Shown here: piece after piece, positions 1-7,916 of the stretch
Layout of the letters: each line of letters opens with the position of its first letter
How positions within the stretch are numbered: position 1 is the stretch's first letter
Assembly: GCA_000270325.1 (NCBI GenBank)
Contig: BA000048.1
Span: forward strand, 457,984 to 489,983
DNA length: 32,000 nucleotides
Source: Candidatus Caldarchaeum subterraneum
GTDB taxonomy: Archaea; Thermoproteota; Nitrososphaeria_A; Caldarchaeales; Caldarchaeaceae
Reading direction: 5' to 3'
Notes under the pieces: model-generated
Told to the model about the DNA's origin: nothing
The model's input: the letters and a program-made list of their open reading frames with translations, nothing else
Databases searched by the model: none
Program-made: the position numbers and the translations under genes

Positions 1-1
1 A

Positions 2-1096
2 TGGCATCACGGCATCCCCATAACCATGGCGGATATCCTCTACCGGATATATCAGACCTTCGACCTTGCCTTTGACGAGACAAAGAGCCGGATAGAGTTC
101 GCAATCGCATACACGTCGAGGCCTGTTCTCGAGACGTTCAAAGGTTTCCGGATAGTTGGAGACAGTTTGCTGGAGGTCTATGTCGATTACTGGAACTTTG
201 AGCCAGACTACATAGCCGAATATGCCGATGTCTTCGGCGGGGGCATGCCTTGGGAGCTGTTGGCGGTCTCGGACGACCTTGTTTTCAACAGACGGCTGGT
301 AACATACAGCGACACAGCAGCGGCCCGTTTCAGGGTGGACCAGCTCAACCTCGTTCTCCGTGAGCAGGTTAGCCTGGTAAAAACCGCTTTGAACGACTTC
401 ATCACACGCAACATCTTCCCAGCAAACGTCTTCACCGTCGGCGACAAACGATACGAGACCTTGGAAAATGCGCAGACAAGGTATAAGGCTCTTCTCAATT
501 GGGTCAACACCTACAACCTGGCCGTTGTCAGCAACGGGCCCTACATCCTCGCAGCATTCGACCCCGCGTCACAGTTCGCAGAACTAAGAGCCTACCGAGA
601 CCCATCATACCCATTCAAACCAGGCAAATGGTTCTTCGGAGCTGTGGAGAAGCCGAGGATAACGAGGATACAGGGCTCTGTGGTTGTTGGTGCTGATTCA
701 TCGGTTACTGTTTCTGTGGCTGGACCTGACGACACAGCCATAGCTTACAGGGTTGTCGACCCTGTCTCGGGGAAGACGATTGTTTCTGGAAGAGAGCGGG
801 CCACGGGTGGGGTGGTGGAGATAAGGTTGCCGTCCACAGTTACGTCGACCCTTGCCCCGGGGCTGCTGGAGCTCGGGATTGTGGTCTACAGCGACAAAGT
901 AGCACAATCCTTCAACGTTGTCGAGAAACTTGAGGTCAGGAGGACAGCCGCAACCCAGATAACCACAATAACACCCATAATCACCACAACACAGCAACCA
1001 ACGGAACAACCCATCATCCCAACATGGCTGGTGATAGCGGTGGTTGGCGTGGCTGCTGTAGTCGCCACAGCATTCATGTTGACACGCAGACGCTAA
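2..1096 (+). CDS. ABC-transporter extracellular solute-binding protein (Opp/Dpp family-5 type), 3' part only; 5' end lies outside the window
   Basis: The frame is open from nt 2 (no stop before the listed ATG at 26), so the gene is cut by the window edge. The C-terminus has a Thr/Gln/Pro-rich linker (TTITPIITTTQQPTEQP), a hydrophobic helix and RRR, the usual archaeal binding-protein membrane anchor. It is adjacent to Opp/Dpp-type permeases and an ATPase. Confidence 0.6.
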   Translation, partial: WHHGIPITMADILYRIYQTFDLAFDETKSRIEFAIAYTSRPVLETFKGFRIVGDSLLEVYVDYWNFEPDYIAEYADVFGGGMPWELLAVSDDLVFNRRLVTYSDTAAARFRVDQLNLVLREQVSLVKTALNDFITRNIFPANVFTVGDKRYETLENAQTRYKALLNWVNTYNLAVVSNGPYILAAFDPASQFAELRAYRDPSYPFKPGKWFFGAVEKPRITRIQGSVVVGADSSVTVSVAGPDDTAIAYRVVDPVSGKTIVSGRERATGGVVEIRLPSTVTSTLAPGLLELGIVVYSDKVAQSFNVVEKLEVRRTAATQITTITPIITTTQQPTEQPIIPTWLVIAVVGVAAVVATAFMLTRRR

Positions 1097-1833
1097 CTCT
1101 CCAAAACCCTGCTCAACGAGTCGATATGAGCGATAACCGTGAGTAAAACCTCTTCACGAAGCTGGTTCACCGCGTTGTTGTACTCATCGACACCGGGCGG
1201 CGCGTTGAGCAGCCAATCGATATAGAGTGGACACCATCGAATAAGCTCGTCACGAGTAACATCGGTTAACTGTGGAAACTGCTCAACCCAGTCATAGTAG
1301 AGGTCGAGGTTGTCCAAGATTTTGTCAATTGTTAGCACGAGGTTTGGGTCGCTTTTCACGGCGAGGGCCCTGGTCTCGTTCCAATACTCTCTATCACCCT
1401 CTCTTGTTCCCGGAGGTTCGCTCCTCAACCAGCTTATCAAAACCCTGTCATTCTCAAGAAGAGACAAAACGTCCTTGACTGATTCCATGTTGGTGCGGAG
1501 GCTTTTCACCTCTGTGTTGGCTGCCTCAAGCTCGGACGAAAGCTGGTTTAGCCGGTTCTCGAGCAGTCTCACCTTTTCGGAGAGCTGTTGAGCCCTTTGG
1601 TCGGCTGTTTGAAGAGATGTCTGGAGGCTTGTTATGTCTGAGCGCAGCTTGTTGACAGTGTTCTCCGCCTCGGTTAGACGATTGCTCAAGTCAAGGTTTT
1701 GAGATTTCAGGTCATCCAGAAGCTTTTGATACCTTGCCTCGGTTTCCCCTAATACAAAACTGTAGGCGACCGCTGCGGCCGCTGCTCCCAAAAACAGCGA
1801 GACAACCACGGCGGCTACAAGAATAGCTTTCAT
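1093..1833 (-). CDS. membrane-anchored coiled-coil protein, function unknown
   Basis: Listed ORF is 1093..1968. I moved the start to the internal ATG 1833 (MKAILVAAVVVSLFLGAAAAAVAY, an N-terminal TM helix) because TTATAAAC (1858-1865, minus strand) lies 24 nt upstream. About 100 aa of heptad-like sequence follows (LDLSNRLTEAENTVNKLRSDITSLQTSLQ...), then a roughly 110-aa Trp/Asp-rich globular C-terminus. Confidence 0.55.
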   Translation of the reverse strand: MKAILVAAVVVSLFLGAAAAAVAYSFVLGETEARYQKLLDDLKSQNLDLSNRLTEAENTVNKLRSDITSLQTSLQTADQRAQQLSEKVRLLENRLNQLSSELEAANTEVKSLRTNMESVKDVLSLLENDRVLISWLRSEPPGTREGDREYWNETRALAVKSDPNLVLTIDKILDNLDLYYDWVEQFPQLTDVTRDELIRWCPLYIDWLLNAPPGVDEYNNAVNQLREEVLLTVIAHIDSLSRVLES

Positions 1834-2016
1834 ACCGATTACCACCCTCAAACCCTGTTTATAACAGTTTTTAAACACCCACGAAAAACATTTGCCTGCC
1901 TCATCACGCGGAACATTCCTAAATAATTGATGAGAGAAAGCCGACAGCAGGTGGCGGCTTTCACCCATATGATACTGAAGATGAAGAAACTGGATATTGC
2001 CAGACTGTATGACTGC

Positions 2017-3063
2017 TTAGACTCGCACCCGCGGGTCCAACACCGCCACCAGAACCTCGATAATGAACCGGGCCGCGATGTAGATTAATGTGTAAACGAA
2101 TGTGAGGGCGACGACTAGGCCTTCGTCGAAGGCAGTGATGGCGTCGTAGTAGAGTCTACCCATGCCGGGCCAGTTGAAAACAGTCTCGGTAAGTATTGCG
2201 CCTCCAAGAGAGCCGGCTATGGCGAAGACGATGTTTGTGGCTATGGGTGGAGCGGCTGGTCGCAATATGTATCTGCGTCGCAGAAGATTTTCGGGAAGGC
2301 CCTTGGCTTTGGCGACGGTGACGAAGTCCTCCTGCGTGATGTTAAGGACGATTGTCCGGGTCACGTAAGCCCATCCGCCGACTATGACTACTACAAGTGT
2401 CATGAGAGGAAGCACTGTGTGCCAGAGCATGTCGAGAACCTTGGCTACAGGCTCCGTGGGGGGTGGCGTGCTCATTATCCCGCCGGGGGGTAGCAGCCTA
2501 AGGTAGAAGTAGAAAACAAGCAGCAGTATCAGCCCTGTCCACCACGACGGCAAACCATACGACGCAGCCGCAGTGTATGAGACAAGCTTGTCGAAAAGGG
2601 AGCCTCTACGCGTAGCCGCTCTCAATCCAAAGTTTATCCCGGCAACTGCGCTTATCACCACTGCCGTCGTGACAAGCAGTAATGAGTAGGGCAGACGCTC
2701 CATTATGATGTCTGCGACTTTTCTGCTTCCGTCGAAGCTTGTGATTGTTCTCGAGTAGCCGAGGTCGAGTGTGAGAACCCGCAGTATAAGCGACGGTATC
2801 CTTTCATACCATGGCCTGTCCAACCCATAGGATTTTTCAAGCTCCAGCCTCACCTGTTCTAGGGCCTTCTCCAGCTCAACCGGGTCTTTAATTCTCTGAG
2901 AGAGACTCTGCCTCACCGCACGCAGCTCCTCGTTTACATATGCTAAGAGAATCTTGTCAGACACACCTGTAGCGCCCAGAACAACAGCCACCATCAGAAG
3001 CACGCTGAGCAGCACAAAAACCAGCGTCACAGCCTGTGTAACCAGTGAGCGTAATAGGTTCAT
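2017..3063 (-). CDS. ABC transporter permease (OppB/DppB-like)
   Basis: Multi-TM protein with the conserved cytoplasmic loop AKAKGLPENLLRRRYILRPAAPP. Its ATG overlaps the stop of the upstream ATPase gene (ATGA). Confidence 0.85.
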   Translation of the reverse strand: MNLLRSLVTQAVTLVFVLLSVLLMVAVVLGATGVSDKILLAYVNEELRAVRQSLSQRIKDPVELEKALEQVRLELEKSYGLDRPWYERIPSLILRVLTLDLGYSRTITSFDGSRKVADIIMERLPYSLLLVTTAVVISAVAGINFGLRAATRRGSLFDKLVSYTAAASYGLPSWWTGLILLLVFYFYLRLLPPGGIMSTPPPTEPVAKVLDMLWHTVLPLMTLVVVIVGGWAYVTRTIVLNITQEDFVTVAKAKGLPENLLRRRYILRPAAPPIATNIVFAIAGSLGGAILTETVFNWPGMGRLYYDAITAFDEGLVVALTFVYTLIYIAARFIIEVLVAVLDPRVRV

Positions 3064-4025
3064 GTTTTCTCAGCCTCATCGCTTTGGTAAAGCCAACACC
3101 GAACCCCGACCCCGTCTTGGACAAAGGACGGCGGCTCCTCTTTTACACATTTTTCGAAAACACGGTGGCAGCGGGGATGGAATCTGCATCCAGTAGGCGG
3201 GTCTGTGAGGCTGGGAGGCGCGCCGGGTATGTAGTCGAGTTTCCTCGGCCCCTTCAACCTCGGTGTGGAGCTGAGAAGCTTTGAGGAGTATGGATGAAGA
3301 GGGGTGCGCAGAATCTTCTCCGACGGACCCAGCTCCACAACCTTTCCAGCATACATCACCGCAATATCATCGGCGATATCGCTTACAAGAGCTAAATCAT
3401 GAGTGATAAATATCATCGAGAGACCGTGCTCTCTTTTCAAGCGTTTGAGCATATTCATAATCTGTGTCTGGATGGATACGTCCAGAGCCGATGTAGGCTC
3501 GTCGAGGATTATGAGCCTGGGCTGCATAATCAACGCCATCGCCACCAGAGCTCTTTGCTTCATCCCGCCGCTCAGCTCATGGGGATATCTGTCAACGTAT
3601 TCAGGAGGTAGGCCCACTTGTCTGAAGACTTGTTTTACCCTGTTGAGGGCCTCGGTCTTCGAAGCACCCTCTTTAACCATCAGCGGCTCCGCGACCTGCA
3701 GCCCAACCTTCAAAACAGGGTTGAAGCTATTCATCGCCCCCTGAAAAACCATCGAAATCTTTCTCCACTGATATTCTTCAGCAAAATCCCTAGGATTCAT
3801 AGAGAGTATGTCAATGCCTTCGAACAGGATTTTTCCACCGAGTTTGACGACGTTTGGGGGAAGCATCCTCATTACCGCGAGGCCTGTGCTGGTTTTTCCG
3901 CATCCGGATTCGCCGACGAGTCCAAGTGCCTCGGCTTCGCCGACGCTAAAGTCTACACCGTCAACAGCTTTCACAACTTTTCCACCGAGACCATAGTAGA
4001 CAACCAAGTCCATGACGGCGAGCAT
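3060..4025 (-). CDS. ABC transporter ATP-binding protein (OppD/OppF-like); the only ATPase in the locus
   Basis: Walker A GESGCGKTS, signature LSGGMKQR, Walker B LIILDEPTSALD, and an Opp-type C-terminal Cys/His tail CRFHPRCHRVFEKC. Confidence 0.9.
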   Translation of the reverse strand: MLAVMDLVVYYGLGGKVVKAVDGVDFSVGEAEALGLVGESGCGKTSTGLAVMRMLPPNVVKLGGKILFEGIDILSMNPRDFAEEYQWRKISMVFQGAMNSFNPVLKVGLQVAEPLMVKEGASKTEALNRVKQVFRQVGLPPEYVDRYPHELSGGMKQRALVAMALIMQPRLIILDEPTSALDVSIQTQIMNMLKRLKREHGLSMIFITHDLALVSDIADDIAVMYAGKVVELGPSEKILRTPLHPYSSKLLSSTPRLKGPRKLDYIPGAPPSLTDPPTGCRFHPRCHRVFEKCVKEEPPSFVQDGVGVRCWLYQSDEAEKT

Positions 4026-4027
4026 GT

Positions 4028-5428
4028 CTAAACCATCCTCCTAAGCCTCGGGCTGACAACCGGCTCCAACCCCATCGAGAGCATCACGAAGGTGAAGGAG
4101 AGGAGTGCTATGAGGGCCCCGGGCGGCAAAACCCACCACCACAGCCCAAGGTTAACTCCACCACTTCTAAAAGCATACTCGAGTATCTGTCCCCAGCTGG
4201 GTAAAGATGGGTCGCCTAGTCCTAGGAAGCTTAGAGCGGCTTCGGCTAAAATGGCTGAGGGTGTGGAGAAGATTAGCTGTGCGATGAGGAAGGGCGCAAT
4301 TTGTGGGAAGATGTAGCGTCTCAGTATTCGGCCACGTGGGACGCCGATAGATTCCGCTGACTCGACAAACTGCGCTGTCTTCGCCTGCATCACAATGTTT
4401 CTAACAACAATCGCGAGTCCGGACCATCCAAACGCAACTAGGATGGCAATGATTATCCAGATGCTTGGCCTGAGTATGAATGTGAAGAAGATGAGTAGCG
4501 GAAGCAACGGTATGTTGTTTAATATGTCGCATGTTCTCTGAATTATTGTGTCCGTTTTTCCGCCGATATAGCCGCTGAGCATGCCGAGGAGCGAGCCTAT
4601 CGCCGTGGTCAGAGTGGCTGTCACAAGCCCCACGAGGAGGGAGATGGGGAACCCGAATAGAAGACCGGTCGCAAGGTCTCTTCCCAACCTATCGGTACCT
4701 AGGACACCGTAAACCCTGCCACCGAAAACCACCCTCACATCATCCACTGCATCACCCTCATCAGCCCTATTCACCGTGACAGCCAGCACATAGTCTCCCG
4801 TCAGAGGAACAAGCCTACCCTCCACAAACTCTCCGAAAAGATAACGCTCCACACCAATCCGCAAAATGTCCTCAGGACCTATCTCCAGCCCATACTCATT
4901 TCGGAGAAACCTGCTCACGAAAGAGGCCGCCTCAGGGTCTCCGCTGACGAACACCCTCAAAGGTGCTTCGTAATGCCTTCTGTAGGGAGGCTGCTCGCCG
5001 GGCAAAGGCCTCGAAACAGATAAGACGTAAAAGGGGACAACTTTTCCATCTGGCCTAACTAGCTCAAACAACAGAGTCGGAGGCCTTGAAGCGTAAGTGA
5101 CACCTGAGACGGTTATGGAGATGAAGCTGGGATAATCACTGTAGCCGTAGCTGAACCGTTGTATAGTGTATTCTGATGGGTTCTCGAGTCTGAAAACCAT
5201 GTGTCGGGGCGGGGAAGGTGCCGTGAAAAATGCTATCCACTCTGGAGGTGCTTCTTTCGGGTTGTCGGCCCAATATGAAGGGTTGTTCCAAAACCTTGTG
5301 CCGAAGTCAAGCGGATAAGAAACAACGACATAGACCGAGATGACGAGATATAGGATTAGAAGCACAACACCAGCTTTCGACATGTTCGACGACCAGAACA
5401 CCCTCCACGACGACTCGGACAAACTCAT
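4028..5428 (-). CDS. ABC transporter permease (OppC/DppC-like) with a large N-terminal extracytoplasmic insert
   Basis: N-terminal TM helix, about 200 aa of non-membrane sequence, then a permease core with AESIGVPRGRILRRYIFPQIAP. A GAGGGG Shine-Dalgarno-like element lies 9 nt upstream of the ATG. Confidence 0.85.
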   Translation of the reverse strand: MSLSESSWRVFWSSNMSKAGVVLLILYLVISVYVVVSYPLDFGTRFWNNPSYWADNPKEAPPEWIAFFTAPSPPRHMVFRLENPSEYTIQRFSYGYSDYPSFISITVSGVTYASRPPTLLFELVRPDGKVVPFYVLSVSRPLPGEQPPYRRHYEAPLRVFVSGDPEAASFVSRFLRNEYGLEIGPEDILRIGVERYLFGEFVEGRLVPLTGDYVLAVTVNRADEGDAVDDVRVVFGGRVYGVLGTDRLGRDLATGLLFGFPISLLVGLVTATLTTAIGSLLGMLSGYIGGKTDTIIQRTCDILNNIPLLPLLIFFTFILRPSIWIIIAILVAFGWSGLAIVVRNIVMQAKTAQFVESAESIGVPRGRILRRYIFPQIAPFLIAQLIFSTPSAILAEAALSFLGLGDPSLPSWGQILEYAFRSGGVNLGLWWWVLPPGALIALLSFTFVMLSMGLEPVVSPRLRRMV

Positions 5429-5451
5429 CTCAGCAACCCCTCACAACTTCG

Positions 5452-5772
5452 TCACCCAACTCCTCGGTCTTCAACCCATTCGCCCATAGTGAGGTAGTTG
5501 GCCTCGGACAGGAATGTGAGAAATTTTCCAAGCATCTGGTTATCTTTGTTGAGGCTGTATTTGGGCGGCGTTGTGGAATGCCTGTTGACCCAGCGCTGTG
5601 TAATGAGTTCTCGGAGAATTTTATCAAGTCTTTGTAAGGATAGGCCAGTGAACTTGGCCAGTGCGTATTTTGTCGCAGGTTTACCGTGTTCAGCCAGCGT
5701 TTTGACCACTCTTATGTGTTGATAGGTTTTGAGAGCTTGTTCGAGAGGATGACGTGGAGGCAGTGTATTCAC
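5452..5772 (-). CDS. small winged-helix DNA-binding protein (putative transcription regulator)
   Basis: 106 aa. KYALAKFTGLSLQRLDKILRELITQRWV reads as helix-turn-helix plus wing. The GTG start overlaps the Orc1/Cdc6 stop (GTGA), implying translational coupling. Confidence 0.55.
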   Translation of the reverse strand: MNTLPPRHPLEQALKTYQHIRVVKTLAEHGKPATKYALAKFTGLSLQRLDKILRELITQRWVNRHSTTPPKYSLNKDNQMLGKFLTFLSEANYLTMGEWVEDRGVG

Positions 5773-6902
5773 CTCTTGAGTGATTGTTCAAGAAGCAGGG
5801 AAAGTCTTCTGGCGTCTACGCCGACCAGCCCCACCTTGTCGCCATGTTTCTCGACATAGCCCCTTTCCGCGAGATAGGATAAAGCTTTGTCGAAACCCGA
5901 CTCCGACAAGCCATGGCTTTCACAGAAAAGGCTAAACATCTCTCTAATTTCTTTCAACTCTGCTGTTTGCTCATCTCTCCTTTGAAGAACCTTAGCTATT
6001 GAGAGCAACACTGCCTTTGGCTTTTCGGGCAAGTCTGCGTACTCTGCTGCACGCGAAACGGAGATAGTCTCCGACAAAGCGTATCTCACATCATCAACCT
6101 TCACAACATCTCTTCCATCATTTTCCGCAAGGTTTCCGGCGTAGAGAAGTAGGTCGAGGGCTAGGCGAACATCTCCGCTGTAGGGAGGTTTGGAGACAAC
6201 GTCGGCCACGTATTCGACCACGTTGTCAGGGACAGCGCCTCGGACGAAAGCTTCGGAGACACGGTCGGCGAGAATGTCGATGAGTTGTTCACGTGTATAG
6301 GGTTCGAGACGCAGCACCGAGGCGCCGAGCGAGCTCGTCTCCGCCCTGTCGAGATAACCACCGTATCCGCTTTCACGTGATACAAACACAACCCCCAAAA
6401 CATTCAGGGGCCTTACTGATGAAAACTCATGCAGCCTCGTAAAATCATAGACTACCGTTTCCCTTCCCCTACTCATCGAGACATGATAATCTGCATCGTC
6501 AAAAGTGATGATTAGACGTTGTCCAGTGTTTTTTAGAAAGTGGAGGAGGTTTTCTAGGAGCTCTTCGGCTGAGAGGGAGACGCTGTATGCTTCTTCCGCG
6601 ACGCTTTTGACAAGGTAACGGTAAATGCTTACTTTGCTTGATGTGAACCTTCTTAGATTGACGTATGCATGTGTGAGGTTTCTGTGTTTGCGCTGCATCT
6701 CCTGCCCAGCCATCAGGCACAGAGTTGTTTTTCCCGCTCCAACTGGGCCAACAACTTGTACACGGCTGTAGAAAACATCGTCACCTCTCTCCACACCAGC
6801 CTCAAGAAATTTTCTGAGAAGGCTGAACTCTTTCTCGCGATGCAGCAGTCTCTTAGGTAGGTGGGCTGGGCTTAGCCTCGTCCTGTCCATGAAAACGGGC
6901 AT
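5769..6902 (-). CDS. cdc6: Orc1/Cdc6-family AAA+ protein, divergent paralogue
   Basis: Walker A GPVGAGKTT, Walker B IITFDDAD, sensor-2-like GDVRLALDLLLYAG, and a C-terminal winged helix (LSYLAERGYVEKHG). TATAAAAA (6926-6933, minus strand) is 23 nt upstream of ATG 6902. The ORF-track start at 6908 is a TTG two codons earlier. Confidence 0.8.
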   Translation of the reverse strand: MPVFMDRTRLSPAHLPKRLLHREKEFSLLRKFLEAGVERGDDVFYSRVQVVGPVGAGKTTLCLMAGQEMQRKHRNLTHAYVNLRRFTSSKVSIYRYLVKSVAEEAYSVSLSAEELLENLLHFLKNTGQRLIITFDDADYHVSMSRGRETVVYDFTRLHEFSSVRPLNVLGVVFVSRESGYGGYLDRAETSSLGASVLRLEPYTREQLIDILADRVSEAFVRGAVPDNVVEYVADVVSKPPYSGDVRLALDLLLYAGNLAENDGRDVVKVDDVRYALSETISVSRAAEYADLPEKPKAVLLSIAKVLQRRDEQTAELKEIREMFSLFCESHGLSESGFDKALSYLAERGYVEKHGDKVGLVGVDARRLSLLLEQSLKR

Positions 6903-6925
6903 CGGCAATATATGTTATCGGGTTG

Positions 6926-6933
6926 TTTTTATA
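6926..6933 (-). promoter_or_regulatory. TATA box of the Orc1/Cdc6 gene
   Basis: Reads TATAAAAA on the minus strand, 23 nt upstream of ATG 6902 and immediately after the stop of the GYD gene. Confidence 0.45.
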
Positions 6934-6937
6934 GGGT

Positions 6938-7204
6938 TTACCTCAGACCAGCCAGCTTGAGCGCCTGTTCGCGGGGGAATGCGGCCAATGTCTCGGTTGA
7001 GAGATAGTCTGTGAACTGAAGGATGAACTTGAGGTAGGTCTCGGCGTCAGGGGCTTCTGCCACAAGGATTCCGTCGTAGTGGCCGAACGTCCAAAGCATC
7101 TCCCTAACTTTGACGGATGGGTTTTCGCGGATGATGCGGTCGGTTCTGTCCACATCCTCTTTCGTCAACTTCTTCTTAAACCGTATCAGGGTTACGAAGT
7201 GCAT
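6938..7204 (-). CDS. GYD-domain protein
   Basis: GHYDGILVAEAPD matches the GYD-family signature, in a small alpha/beta protein. I moved the start to ATG 7204 (MHFVTLIRFKKK) because the shared A/T box at 7234-7241 lies upstream of it. Confidence 0.6.
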   Translation of the reverse strand: MHFVTLIRFKKKLTKEDVDRTDRIIRENPSVKVREMLWTFGHYDGILVAEAPDAETYLKFILQFTDYLSTETLAAFPREQALKLAGLR

Positions 7205-7233
7205 AGAATATTGTGTGATTGGCTGCACTTATG

Positions 7234-7241
7234 TTTTTAAG
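7234..7241. promoter_or_regulatory. shared A/T box between divergent genes (7204 minus, 7263 plus)
   Basis: TTTTTAAG / CTTAAAAA. It lies 21 nt before ATG 7263 and 29 nt before ATG 7204. Confidence 0.4.
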
Positions 7242-7262
7242 CCTTCAAAACATCGTTTAACC

Positions 7263-7529
7263 ATGCCTTACATATCACGGGAAGAGAGGAAGGAGCTTGA
7301 TGCGGAGATAGATGCACTGCTTGAGAAGCTGCGTAAAGCGCCGGCGGAGCGGGTTGATGGCAGGCTTAACTACGTCATCTCGCGGCTTCTCAACGGTGTG
7401 TACAGCCCGAGTTACTTCAACTACAACAGAGCACTGGGCGTCCTGTCCGCGGTTTCTCATGAGTTTTACAGAAGAAAGGTAGCGCCTTACGAGGATACTA
7501 AGATAAAGGAGAACGGTGACATCTACTAG
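7263..7529 (+). CDS. small helical protein, function unknown
   Basis: The listed ORF 7110..7529 overlaps the GYD gene. I used the internal ATG 7263 (MPYISREERKELD), which lies behind the A/T box. The C-terminal motif is EFYRRKVAPYEDTKIKENGDIY. Confidence 0.5.
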   Translation: MPYISREERKELDAEIDALLEKLRKAPAERVDGRLNYVISRLLNGVYSPSYFNYNRALGVLSAVSHEFYRRKVAPYEDTKIKENGDIY

Positions 7530-7853
7530 TCAGGAAATTACACATCTTTGCCCGTCGTATTTCACCTCGCCGGCGAAGGCGATTATCCATCCCCTATCGA
7601 CAGCCTCACCCTGCTCCGGCCTCTGAAACCCGACGAAGCCATATGCATCGGTTTTGAGAAGCAACTCCTTAGCCACAAACTCCTCCTCAAGAATAAACCT
7701 GTTCCCCTCTATCCGTCCGACGCCCACTAGCCAGCCGGGCGGGTCATCGCCAAACTTTTTCCAATAACTAATGCGAACAGTCTTTCTCGAGTTCCTCGCT
7801 CTTTCAACGGCCTCGTCTGGCATCATTATTTTTTCGTAGGTGTATGTCGGCAT
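7530..7853 (-). CDS. hypothetical protein (107 aa)
   Basis: ATG ORF with TTTAAAAA (7878-7885, minus strand) 24 nt upstream. Its stop codon directly abuts the stop of the convergent gene 7263-7529. I recognise no family. Confidence 0.45.
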   Translation of the reverse strand: MPTYTYEKIMMPDEAVERARNSRKTVRISYWKKFGDDPPGWLVGVGRIEGNRFILEEEFVAKELLLKTDAYGFVGFQRPEQGEAVDRGWIIAFAGEVKYDGQRCVIS

Positions 7854-7877
7854 TTGGGGGAATGCGGCAGGAGGTTG

Positions 7878-7898
7878 TTTTTAAAGGTATTAAATAGG
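7878..7898. promoter_or_regulatory. A/T boxes between divergent genes (7853 minus, 7917 plus)
   Basis: TTTTTAAA (7878-7885) is 24 nt from ATG 7853 on the minus strand. TATTAAATAGG (7888-7898) is about 20 nt from ATG 7917. Confidence 0.4.
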
Positions 7899-7916
7899 TG
7901 TTAGGCTTGTGTCTGT

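Noticed and set aside
1834-1968. The N-terminal 45 codons of ORF 1093..1968
   Set aside because: This stretch contains the TATA-like box for the internal ATG 1833. The residues upstream of the TM helix (MGESRHLLSAFSHQLFRNVPRDEAGKCFSW...) look non-protein-like.
6909-7262. Replication origin (ORB repeats plus an AT-rich unwinding element) next to Orc1/Cdc6
   Set aside because: The interval upstream of cdc6 is 29 nt and holds only a TATA box. The next intergenic gap (7205-7262) is a compact bidirectional promoter. I found no repeated ORB-like dyads. The TCCAGTAAGAAG at about 11315 only loosely resembles TCCAGTGGAAAC and is single-copy.
7110-7262. The upstream part of ORF 7110..7529, and 7205..7228 of the GYD ORF
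   Set aside because: The 7110 start would overlap the GYD gene by about 95-120 nt and read through the promoter box. The internal ATGs at 7263 and 7204 have proper spacing to the A/T box.
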